From the NCBI GenBank assembly GCA_017654855.1, contig CM030332.1, positions 7,750,001-7,814,000 of the forward strand: a stretch of DNA of 64,000 nt. Direction: 5' to 3'. The stretch comes from Podospora anserina (Eukaryota). A program made the translations under genes and the position numbers. The notes below the pieces were generated by a model. The model saw only the letters and a program-made list of their open reading frames with translations, was not told the DNA's origin and ran no database searches. Of the stretch, positions 22,501 to 33,825 are shown in pieces (the stretch's first letter is position 1; every line of letters starts with the position of its first letter).

Positions 22501-25500
22501 GCGAAGTTTGACCCTGAACGGGAATATGCAAGGTCCAATGTCGTCTATCCACAGCAAAAGGTGGCCAAGGAAGATGGAGTCGCAGTCAATCGATGTCATG
22601 TTGCTGGAGAGAGTCGCTCGCGCACTTGCCTCGACGGTCTGAACCCCCCATCGGCATCACAACAGCCTATGGCAGTGCCAATGCAGTGGCATTGACGGAC
22701 GACATAACTTGGGTGCCTAGCTCAAAGTCAAACTGCCTGGAGGGAACGAGGAGAGGTGTCCACTGTTCCCGGGCCATCCTTCTCGCCAACAGACCACCAA
22801 CAGCCGTGCCTTTGAAAACTCCCGAGGCCAGGATCTAGTTGGGAGCCAATCTCAAGCTCAGCGGAACAGGCTCCGAACCCTGTTGCCATTCCAAAAACAA
22901 AGAAGCCACCCGGGGTGAAACCAGCGGAAATGAGTTATCGACGACCTGCTCAAACATTCCAGACGTACCGATCTTACCACATCTCGCACCGTACCAGCGG
23001 CCAACCAAAGCTCGGTCAGTCGCGTTCGCCGTTGGAGACCAGACCGGTACACCACAAGGCCTGGACGAGGCCAACGCACGCTCGGAAACTCCCGCAGTCC
23101 GTCCCAAAACAAACCGCCAGACCGCCACTGCAGGAACCTCGCAAGGTGTCGTCGTGCCTTGAGGACCAACGAGATCGTCTCCCAGGCTGCATTCTATTGT
23201 GGGCGAGCCATGGCACGTGCATTCCACACCCAGACTATCTTGCATATGTCCGGCAGTTCTCGCCCCAAGCTGGCCTTTTGCAGGCAAGTTTTATCCTTGC
23301 CGACTGGTCACTGGATTTCAAGTTCAATATCCTGCCTGAGCTTGGAGCTTGGAGCTTGGAGAGCGCCTGTGTCGTCCCGCATCGGAGAATCAATGACACA
23401 CCACGGTCCGTCCGCTCATCACCCGGCTGACGGGTCTAACTTTCTAGGGGTCGGCCCGTACGGGGGGGCTATGTGGCCCGGGGGACTGCTGCTGACGGTT
23501 ACATCTGATAGCCCGCCGTCCGTCCCAGCAATACGCAAACAGCGCAAGGCGTGCACCTATCCCGCAACATGGTCGCGAGCAGAGCGAGTCATGGTTCCTC
23601 AGAGGTCCCGACCGTGCGCATCGTTTTGCACCAACATCCCTCCGTTCGTGGAACCCAGTTGAGTTGACATCCATGAGGGAAGCCAGAGTGGGTGCACAGC
23701 GTGACGTTGCGCAGCGTCATTAATGGGCTGTCCACAAACGACAGCCGTCGTCTTACATGGAACGCAAAGCCGACCTCAACCGAGATGATGAGCGTGGAAC
23801 TATCAGCTGTGCTGAATTATGTCCTGGGATGGAATTGAAAATCTGACGACTCAAAGAGCACAGGTGCGGTACTTGCTCGGGAGGAGCGGGCTCCAGCTTT
23901 GCGCCGCCGAACACAAGCAACAACAGTTGGTTGGCCCAGTTGGTTCAAGTTAGCAGGCAAACCTCGCAGGAAAGAAGCATTCACATGCGGCCGCCAGGCG
24001 GGCGGACCACCAAGACCTTCGTCGACGCAGAGGCGTGCAGAGGAATGTGGCATTCTTCTTTTACATGCGCCAGGGGCTTTCTGCTTCACCACCATTTTGG
24101 GAGCGCTGCATACTCGGACGGCACAGCAAATATATCGCCCGTCGTTCGCCTCGACGCTGCCTTAGCCCCGTGGCCCCCGTTGACGTCCGGTACTTGTCAG
24201 ACGGACTTGTGGTAAAGATGGTGAGTATGTGAGTGCAGCAGGGCCGGCCAGGCATGCGTCGTGCCGTTTACATATTGTAATATCTCTTCATGGGCGCCAG
24301 CCTGGCTTGCTAACTGCCTCTACGGCACATACTCAGCCTCGTATTTCCTGAGGCTTTTTCGACTACACATGGCGACATGGATCCACAGAAGGTGCATGTA
24401 TCTACGTAAGTGAAAAGCTCTCTATCCTCTTCAAGATTCCCTAGTGTATTCTTGGTATTGCTAGCTGGCAGAAGACCCAGAAGAGACAACGTGGCCGGCC
24501 CTCACTCCCAGTCATTGCATAGCATTCGGCCCCAATGTGGATTCAGATAAAACATCTTTGCTCTGGGCAGAAGGAACAAAGTTGTTCATCAAGACAAAAC
24601 AGGTCTGTCCCCTGACAAGGGGGGCTGCTTACTAGTCAACCAGACGTCGCCCTCTTTGGCCGTTGTCCTCGGCAGTCAGCGTTTCATTAAGCAGAGATCC
24701 CTCTCTTGATAGAGGCGGTTGGCTAGGTATGTGCACTATGTAACACCCGTGCGCTTGCATGTCCCGATGATTGTTGATGTGTGGGGGGTGGATCCAGAGG
24801 GACAAAAATGTCGCGGCAACAACAGCTCCTCCTTCGCTTCGTGTCTCGAGCCATGCTAGCTTGATCAGTCACCATCATCACGACTTTCACAGCAACTATT
24901 TACATTCACTCCACTAGCAGTACTCCGTACCATTACACCTTCCCTGCCGTTTATTATTCATCACCACTGTTTTCCAAGAAAAAAGCCAAGACACGAACCT
25001 TTTTTCCAACCCCATTCAACAATCGGAGCCAAGTCCGAGAAGGGGGAGGAGACAAGGTTGTTGCCTTGAAGCTAGGTTGACCCTACACCAGGCAGTGGCT
25101 GGGGGGTGTGGGAAACCTGCTCCCGTCATGGGCCGTACCGGTAAGCAGGAAGTGGAGCTAGAAGCGCAAGCCATGGCACCACCTTGTTTGTGCTTGTTGG
25201 AGAAGAACAACAGAGCGGTGATCCGAAAGTGACTATCGAAAGGTGGGGATGGAGTAATGAAGGGGAGACTTTTTGCTTAGCGTTGTTTTTGTCATGCTTT
25301 GATGATTGCAAGGGTGAGGGATGTCTGCTGTGAGTTTCGGGTCTTGTCCACCTTTGAAGATCGACGGTGGGATGAGAAAACCCAATCCTGGTGTTGCTGT
25401 ACATCGGTGAGGCCTGACGAGAGGGGAGAAGGAAAAGAAGAGGGAAGCGGGCCCTGCGGACGAGACGGACGCGGTGTGGACGCTAGAGAGAGTGGTGTGT

Positions 25501-26749
25501 GTGTGTGTGTGTTGTGTGTATGTGTGTGGCCCGGTATGTGGGTGTGGTGTGGATGAGTGGATGGGTGAACGGGAGGTGTGTATGGTGTTAATATCGACAA
25601 ACTGTTCGTGAGTGGATAGTTTGGCTGGGTGGCATAGCATAGCTTCTTTAGAGGAGGGGAAGCCATGAATAAGTCAAGGTACCTGTTGACTTTACACGTT
25701 TGCAAGTACAGTCACATCGTTCAAAAGGACGCTCGCTTTCTGGGCTATCTGCGACTAGTAGAGGCGGTGCTGGATACCCCTCAGATACTAGACTCTGTAC
25801 ACTATTCCATCTGGCCCAGTCTAGCCTCGTCCAGGCATCAGACCCAATCACCAACCTCATGTTGACTCTATGTATCTGTACCAGAACCAAAAAAGAAAGA
25901 TTGGTAGACGGGACAACATACGTCTCCTCTGGTATAAACCCCCTGAACACACACACACCACACCACACCACACCACAAGAGCAAATATCTAGACAAGATG
26001 TTCATGGGATGGATGTACACCCAAACATAAAAATCTTTCCCCTTTTGGGACACACCTACATGTTCCCTTTCACTTACACAACACACAAGATATCTCAGAG
26101 CAACAGAGCACACCCGCGCGTGTCGCGACACCTTTCCCCTCCAACGAGCACAGCTGCTTCCTCCCACCCTTCCGTCTCACACGTCTGTCTGACCCTTCCT
26201 CGCTTTCTTTTTCCCCGTGCCCCGGTGTAGGACCAGAAGGAAACAAAAGTAAAGCCGTCTGGGTTGCGCTCCCCCGCCTCACCTTTCGAACCCCCACGTC
26301 GGACAAGAGACCAAAAGTTTTGGAAGTCGATCCCGACTGTTTCCCATCACGGGGCAACGGGTTCACCCAAGGGTAGCCGCACAAGGCAACGAGGCAGTAG
26401 ACATCCAAAAAAAATAAATAAAAAATAAAAAAATAAAAGGCTGGCGTAACTGTTCCACAACAGGGAACAAAAGATGTATACATCCTCAACGTCACGAGTT
26501 CCGCGCGATCACTCCCGGTTCGGCCGGGACCAAAAACCACGGTAGGTAGCTATCCGTAGGCAAAATAGCGAGCCTTTCCATTTAGATACACGGTTGCAGA
26601 TAATGTAAACTTTGGTGTATGTATGTATGTATGTGTGTGTGTGTGTGTGTACAACTTGAATTATATAGATACTATAGCTAAAGAGTCGGGAGAGCTAGGT
26701 TAAACGAAACCAAGTTGTGGTATGTTCAAGCCAAAAACACCACTGGAAA

Positions 26750-26754
<5 letters not shown>

Positions 26755-26788
<34 letters not shown>
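26755..26788. repeat. (GT)n microsatellite downstream of the Zn2Cys6 gene
   Basis: Direct observation. Further GT/GA tracts at 26618-26650 and 29740-29800. Confidence 0.9.
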
Positions 26789-26789
<1 letters not shown>

Positions 26790-27458
26790 TTTTGGCAAAA
26801 GACGTTGCATGAACATGATTTGATAACTTCCAAAAAAAACTCGCAAGACCACCCAAACCAACCAGCACAAAATCAATCTAAAATGTCCAGAGTGATGACA
26901 AGCAAACCAGCAGACAAAAACCTTCCCAGTTACTTGAAGAAGCACAGAATACCACCCCCAACCCGCCGAAACCAGAGAGATAGATAGATAGAAAAGATAC
27001 AATATGCAGACAGAGACACCGGAATGTTTGAAAATAGAAAAGCAACATATGAAGCAAAATTGCCAATTTCGTGATTGGTTGCTGCAAGGTAGACAGAAAC
27101 TTCAGAATACCACCCACCCGACCCCTCCTCCATGTGCCGAAACCAAGAAATTTCCGTACATACGGAAAAGACAACGTGAAAAAAAAAAGGAATACTCACT
27201 GCCGTGAGGCAAATCCAAATCTCCCCTCCTCCCTTTCCACCCTCAAATATAGACAGAAGGGAAAAAAAACCAAGAAAACCCAATCTTTGTTCCATTTCCC
27301 GCCGGTGCTGGAAAAAGGCAGGTATACATGAGCTATGCCGTTCAGAAAATCACATATTCCACTTCAACGCTAGACATTTGGCGAAAGGTTACTGGGTATA
27401 TATAAGACATGCAAATTGCAGGTCCTCGCTTTGTCGTGGCGAAAAAATCATATATATG

Positions 27459-28823
27459 TTAGGATCTCCGACCCAGTCTCCCGAGCATGTCGCGATCGAT
27501 CCCGGCGTTAGGACCGCCTCGTTCACGCTCATCCGTGCTGATCAGGTGTCCGAGACTCATTGGGTTGGCGGAGGCACCAGAAGGCGGCTGTGAAGGTGAG
27601 TGAGCCACCAGAGGCGGCGGCTGCTGAGGGTGCATCGGAGGAGCACTGGGACCGCTGGGACTCGGCTTTTGAGGAGTTGGGGTCCTGTCCTGGTCGTAGA
27701 CGCCGTGTTGATACTGGTGATAGCCCGTCGGGGGAGTGCCGTTGCTGTGGTTTGAAGCGGGAGAGCGTCGTCGCGGATCGTCGTCAGGCGGGTAGTTGGG
27801 AGGGCCAGGTCGCAAACTCGGATCGTCTTCGGGTGGGCGGGTTCGTCGGCGACTGCCTTCCCGGTCGTCGTATGGAGGATACGCAGCTGTGGGCGAATTC
27901 AAAGGTGGCGGGTAGTCAGACGGGGGGTGTTGCGGGTAAGGCCGTTGCGGAGGTGGTCCCTGTGAGCCCGTTGAACCGAGAGGCTGTCCCCACGCTCCAA
28001 AGAGGGGTGTTCCGGGAGGCACTCCTCCGGGGAGCGCCTGAACTGGAACGAAGGCGGCTGAGGAATTAGAAGATACCGGCTGGAATACGCAGTCGATTCG
28101 AAGCTTGTCGCAATTGGTGCACTTTCCATTTTGCGTGTTCTGGTAACCACTGCAACGAATCTGATTATTTGAAACCAAAGTTAGCAACTCCCGTCCTGAT
28201 TCCATCTGATTATGCGCGACATGGTCCCTTGTTACCTTTCTCTTTCGACAATAGCGGCACGCAATCGATGTCCTTTGCCTTGGTGCAGCTTGCTGCTGAG
28301 GCGGTGCCTGTTGAGGAGCGCCATAGGGATACGGAGTTCCCGGCGGGTACCTGTAGTATGGATCAGATCCAGGGGGTGGGTAACTGGGGGGCCTGGACGC
28401 GTGTGGAGGCGGCCCGTAGTAAGGGTCATTGTATGGTCTGTGATCGTCATACGGCCTCCTGTCGTCGTATGGCGGCCGATCATCATAACGCCGTGGCGGC
28501 GCGTTCACCGACGGCAAGGGCGGGTATCGTGAGTCCGGAGGTGGCGGAGGATATCCACTAGGTGTTTGAGGGTCTGCGGGCCAACTCCTTGAATCTTGAT
28601 ATCGCGGGTCTGCAGAATACCCTCGATCCTGATAGCGTGGGTCAGACGGCGGGTACGAAGCTGGTGGTGGTGGATAAGAAGAGATTGACGGCAAGCTCAC
28701 GCCGCTCCCCCCAACTGGCGGGAGCCTCCTCCTATCTTCGTCTTCCTCTGGGGGCGGTGGATAATGCGAGCTCTCTGGGCCCTCTCGCGGCGGCGGGTAC
28801 GCCCTTCTGTGATTGTCGGCCAT
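27459..28823 (-). CDS. Zn(II)2Cys6 transcription factor, Pro/Tyr-rich, McrA-like (intron 28161-28235)
   Basis: After splicing: RQRTSIACRYCRKRKIRCSGYQNTQNGKCTNCDKLRIDCVFQPVSS (CX2CX6CX10CX2CX6C). No fungal TF middle-homology region. Similarity to Aspergillus McrA is from recall only, not a search. Confidence 0.9.
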   Translation of the reverse strand: MADNHRRAYPPPREGPESSHYPPPPEEDEDRRRLPPVGGSGVSLPSISSYPPPPASYPPSDPRYQDRGYSADPRYQDSRSWPADPQTPSGYPPPPPDSRYPPLPSVNAPPRRYDDRPPYDDRRPYDDHRPYNDPYYGPPPHASRPPSYPPPGSDPYYRYPPGTPYPYGAPQQAPPQQQAAPRQRTSIACRYCRKRKVTRDHVAHNQMESGRELLTLVSNNQIRCSGYQNTQNGKCTNCDKLRIDCVFQPVSSNSSAAFVPVQALPGGVPPGTPLFGAWGQPLGSTGSQGPPPQRPYPQHPPSDYPPPLNSPTAAYPPYDDREGSRRRTRPPEDDPSLRPGPPNYPPDDDPRRRSPASNHSNGTPPTGYHQYQHGVYDQDRTPTPQKPSPSGPSAPPMHPQQPPPLVAHSPSQPPSGASANPMSLGHLISTDERERGGPNAGIDRDMLGRLGRRS

Positions 28824-31122
28824 GTCGTATGTTCCAAGGGGCTACTTTGCTTCCCGAGTGGCAAGTTCAGAAGCCAAATGCTGCCGGATCCTCCACAATC
28901 CGACTGATAGTAGCAAGGCTAACCTTTTCCAGCCCCGAACTCTTATGCTGCGTCCGTCACCTTATGGAACTCTTGAACTGTGCACAGCGATACAAGGGCT
29001 ATCTCAGGAGCCTTGAAGCTCAGGCTTGGAAACCTTTCCACTGGTTTGGCGACAGGGGACGTGATGGATCCTGGGTCTGGCAGCACGTTGCAAGTGAGAA
29101 GAAAAGGGCCAGGCGCGGCGAAAGCGGGAGGAAATGTGGAATTTAAACCCGTCAAAGGGTTTGTGCGAGGGGGTGAGGGAGGGATGGTCCTAACGGACCA
29201 GGAAAAGGTGGTAAAAGGCGGGTGTATGTATGTCGTGCCGCAACGGAGACTTGGAACGAGCCCTTTTTTTTAAAAAAAAAATGGGCGGGAGCTCCCTTGT
29301 TGTTAGAGGTCTGGGTCTGCTGGGTCCCAGAGTTAGTTTGGATTCGAAGCGGGTGGGAAGAACCGGCTGGGCTGAAAGGAAAAAAAACGAGGTACATGTA
29401 TGTACTTGGTACAGGGGAAATGCAAGCGACTTTGTTACGAAACCGGCAACCCCCAGAGTGAAAATAGAGGAGCCACCTCCCCAAGTGCTGTCGTAGCGAA
29501 TCAAGCACATTCCCAGCGCATCAACCGACACATTTAGCATTTTTGCTCCCTGCACCTCAGCGGGCAGCAGTGGACCGAAGGTAAGTGTTGGCTGACGACT
29601 AGCAGGGGTAAGAGGCACTTTGGGTCCAGTAAGGAATTGCAGGAGGAGCGTTTGGGACAAGGGGGGAGTCTAGAAGGGAGGGGGAGGAGCGGCTGTAAAG
29701 AAAGTATGGGGATGAGACGCAAGAGAGGAAACAAGGTGTGGGTGAGTGAGTGAGTGAGTGTGTGTGTGAGAGAGAGAGTGAGAGAGAGAGTGTGTGTGTC
29801 TATGTGCTCATGGCGTATGTAAAGAGGATGGAGGGGAGGATGTCAGATTGGCCCTGGGGTGTGTGTGCCCGTTGTGTGATGTGAGATAATGTTGCTGCGC
29901 ACGGCCAACTGCTGTGCAGACACATCCACCCAAAAGCTGTGGCATTGGATGGTAAAAATGGAAAACCGGACGCAGAAAAACAAATCCGCCGTTGGCCTTG
30001 TGTACAGTGGTAGTGGTTTGGCCCAGTGCAGCAACCCCAACTGCTGGAGCGCACAACACAATGCGAGGAAAAGAAGGATGGACCTTGCCGTTCCTCCTTG
30101 CCTGACCGCCCCCCCACAAGACATATCCGTCCACTTCTGACGACGGCCGATTCCCCAGGCTAGCTGCGCTCGCTTGGATCAGGTCATGGGCACTTGAAGG
30201 CAGCCCAAGTCAAGATGCCGTGGGGGACAATAAGCCAAAGAAGAGAACGAGAGTCAAGTACGTACCTCGAACAGCAACAAAGGACAAGGCGTCTCCTTGG
30301 GCGACGGAGGGGGTACAGAAACAGTACCTGCACGGTACGGCACGGCCCAGCGCGGGGCAGAACGGGAAGGGGGGAGGACAAAGAAGAGGGAAATGGTGGT
30401 GTTTGCCGCAGCAGAAGATTGGCTGCTTCGATGATGCGGTTGTTGCGTGTGCGACTTTGGCTGTCTTGCCCTGGCTGTGGTGTCGACTGATGTTTGCGAA
30501 AAGAGAAAAAAGCAGACCAGGTCCCGAAAGGAAAGAGAGCGAGCTTCGAGGTCTACCATAGTTGTGTCAGTGACCCCATTCGACTGCGCATGTTTGCGAT
30601 GCACCGCAAATGGGTTCGGCATGGGCCGGCGCGGAAGGGAGTGTCACTGTACCTCTTTAGGTCCGGCGGCTGAAGATTGCAGTCGACGAAGCGCCAAAGT
30701 CAAAAGGCTGTTAGACGTTAGCTGAGTGGTATGGTGTGTGTCTGTCCTGCGTGTCGGTCGCGACCGTTTGTTGCCTGGTGTCTGCAAGAAACAGGAGACA
30801 GAAAAAGGTGAGAGAGAAGACAGCAAAGGGCGATCTGATCGATGGAGCAGCAGCATCCGACCTGACTACTAGCGCGCCAACCTCTGACCAACAGACCGAT
30901 TCGGTCACGCCCGTCTCCAGCTGCGCGGAACCTGGAAGGGTTTGCAAGAAATGCGAGGCCGAAAAAAAACGGGCTGAGCGGGAACGTGGAGGTGGGTGGT
31001 GAGGAGGGAGGGCCCAGCACCGGCTTATGACGGATCGGTGCCGCAGCTTGCTGTTGGAACTTGGGTCACAGGCTCCATTGCTCCATGGCATGGCTCCATC
31101 AGCAGCAGGCGGCGCGAGGAGG

Positions 31123-31259
31123 GGGCGTCAGGGCGTCAGGGTGTCAGGGCGTCAGGGTGTGTTCGCTCTCTTCAGAAGATGGAGAATGGGAATTTTTAGG
31201 TAGGTAGGTACCGTATCGCGCACAGTGTGAACCGTGTGAACCGTGTGAACCGTGTGAAC
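31123..31259. repeat. Cluster of short tandem repeats: (GGGYGTCA)x4+, (TAGG)x3, (GTGTGAACC)x4
   Basis: Directly visible at 31123-31160, ~31197-31210 and 31225-31259. Confidence 0.9.
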
Positions 31260-33449
31260 GGCCACCTCAGCCTGCCTTCAAGGGACCCTGGAAGATTCGT
31301 GCATCACCGGTCCCAGTAGCGGAGCTGGTGGCTCGGAGCGACCAGCGGGTGGAGCATGGGTGCGACTCCTGTTTGGGAGCAGGCGCGGGCCGTCGGGTCC
31401 CTGGACAGGCGGTTGATTGGCACAACCTCCAGTGTTCCCAAGAGCCCCAAGAAAACCCTAGCTCCATCTGCCCCATCTGCCTTCCGCGTTGCGTCGTTGA
31501 TGATGCCACACGTTCCCGCAGCCAATCGTCCTTCCTTGCTCAAAGAACCCGCCCGGGCGGCCGGTCGCACTGGTCGCAGCTGGGCCGCAGGATCTGGGAG
31601 CCACAGCAAAGAGACCTTTTCCTCCCCCCCACCGGCGGAACATTTTAGTGTCGTCGTGTGTCTCTTCCATCAATCACTGGTTTCTACCTACACTATATGG
31701 TGACTATGTTCTTCTAACCATTGCTGTTGCCTCGAGATCTTGTCATACGTGGTCACATTGCCGGGATATTCGTTTCGGTACCTGCCTCGGCCCTCGATGA
31801 CATGGCGAGCACCCCAGGCGCTTTGCTTGCTCTCATATCTCGCATGCTGCGCCGTGCTTCGAGAAGCTCCGAGTTTCAACTGGTTGTGCCACATATAGGA
31901 TGCCTGAGCTACACAAATAATCTCCTCGGGGGTTGGGGGCCAGTGGTGAGAATTCGAGAGATGTATGGACTGACAGTATTTCAAAGCAGTGGAACGACCG
32001 GATCTCTCTCATCTGAGGGGGCCAGCCGCAACCTGCAGCAACAGCTCGCCGGGTTTCTCTTCCTCGTCCCTCCTTTTCGAGAGGCATTCATGTGCTTTGG
32101 TCTGGGCCAATAAGCATTGCGCAAAACTGACAGGCGTACCCCATACTCGGCGGCGGCCTTCCCGGTGGCATGGAGCCCATGTCACCGGTACCAGGCTGAT
32201 CACATCGCGCTGAGGCAGTGCACTGGGTAACATGTCAAACATCTAGAGGCGTGGCAGATACGCCATCTGATCCCGAGCCGTTGACAAGTCACAACAGGCT
32301 TGCCAGGAGAGATGGATAACCTATCAGTGTCTCGTCAGTTTGAGGCCTGGGCCCAGCACGGAATTCGGTGGGTATTCAGATGAAGCCTGAACGGTGTTTG
32401 TGTTTCTTAATCGACCGCAGATGACCGGTCCAAGAGCTCGAAATTTACATCATCTAGCTCCAAGGTTACATTTTCATAGCGCGTGGAACTGATTTAATTC
32501 CGAGGAGAGGAAAACGGGCAGGATGGCTTCACAAACCTTTGGCAGGGGACTGTACCCGGGAGGGGATGGTACGTACTACGAACTCAGCTGAGGTATTTGT
32601 AATACGTTGATGGCCAAAACCTATGACAGACACGTTGTCTTCAGACCTGGCGGTACGGTACCTACCATGAGGTATCTTGGACCCCAGTCGGCAGAACAGA
32701 TCATCTGGTGTTATCCGCAGGGTCGGAGTGTGGACCGGCCCGTCAGCTGCAGTCATGTCAGAAACAAAGACGGTGCCGGACAATGCGAAAAAGTTTGCTG
32801 GGCAGAAGGACCCAGGAGGCTTGACCAGCCGAACCGCCAAGGACGGCATGTAACTTGAGTGGTTTGCGGCACATGAGATCCGGCCATGATATCAATCAAA
32901 ATATCCCGTCTCTGTTCGTTTTGGTGAAACAAGGAAACCATGCCCGAGTTTTGCCTACTGTTTGCGTGTAAGAAGACGGCTGGCCGGGACGGTATGGAAG
33001 AAGATGCCGGGAGCGTCTGAATAATCGAACCACCAGCATCACGAGGTTGCCAGCTATGTGTAAAACGTACGTGAGATTGAAAGGAACCATTTGCAGAAAA
33101 GACGAGCTGCCTGACATCCGGCTGCAGAAAACATCCAGCGTTGATACCAAGCTGCTCTCGGAGGGGATTCGCCGTTCGACCCTTTTCATATCGCACGGGA
33201 TAAGGCTGGATGTGGACAGTCAGGGCATCCAGATTGGTCGAGGTGCATGAGCGCCGATTGGGAGTTGGTTGGGTGTCGGCAGCTCGATGGCAGCACGGCA
33301 GAACGGCAGGAATATTGAGTGACGGAGGCGAGCGGGCCTCGCAGATTTCGGGCCCTCCGTCGAGTATTATCGACGACCGAAGTGTTTCCAGCGGAGAAAA
33401 AGTATTCAAGCAGGTCGTTTGATCATTAGCTTCGGTTAGGGTGTCATCG

Positions 33450-33825
33450 GCGGTAACTAAACTTACACAAACAGTTAATATTTAACTGTGCGATTAGCGG
33501 CAACTGAATCTTTTTACTATTAAAATAACTAGCTAAATAAGCGCGAGCCTATATTTCTACGTTAATTAATTAAAAAAAAAACTATTAGAAGGCTCCTGAA
33601 ATCTTTTAACAGAGTATCTCTACCTTGAAAGTTTTCAAGAGCCAACTAAATACCTACTTTTTTTAAAGCTTTTCAGCACTGTAAGCTACTATAAGCTATA
33701 GGCTTATTGGCTTTATAGGCTTTAGCTCAGTGCATCTAGTATTAGTAATATAATTAATACTACAAATAATTAGTATAGTTAGGTATAGTCTCACGTATTT
33801 CAGTGAAATATCCAGGCCTTTAGCA
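33450..33825. mobile_element. AT-rich, TpA-enriched relic, probably a RIP-mutated repeat/transposon fragment
   Basis: Abrupt drop in GC with many TA dinucleotides (TAGTATTAGTAATATAATTAATACTA, TATAAGCTATAGG) inside GC-balanced DNA. No ORF. Confidence 0.55.

Noticed and set aside
23784-23846. C/D snoRNA-like arrangement (ATGATGA...CTGA...CTGA)
   Set aside because: No clear terminal stem, and I could not recognise rRNA or snRNA complementarity upstream of either D box.
26281-26300. GGTTCGAA on the minus strand resembling a tRNA T-loop
   Set aside because: No T-stem pairing or cloverleaf around it.
31225-31259. Short direct repeats as a CRISPR-like array
   Set aside because: Head-to-tail 9-bp units with no spacers, in a eukaryotic genome.
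32753-33409. 218-aa ORF (and the 227-aa ORF at 35600-36283) in the gene desert
   Set aside because: No recognisable domain, codon bias or supporting splice structure; compatible with chance ORFs.
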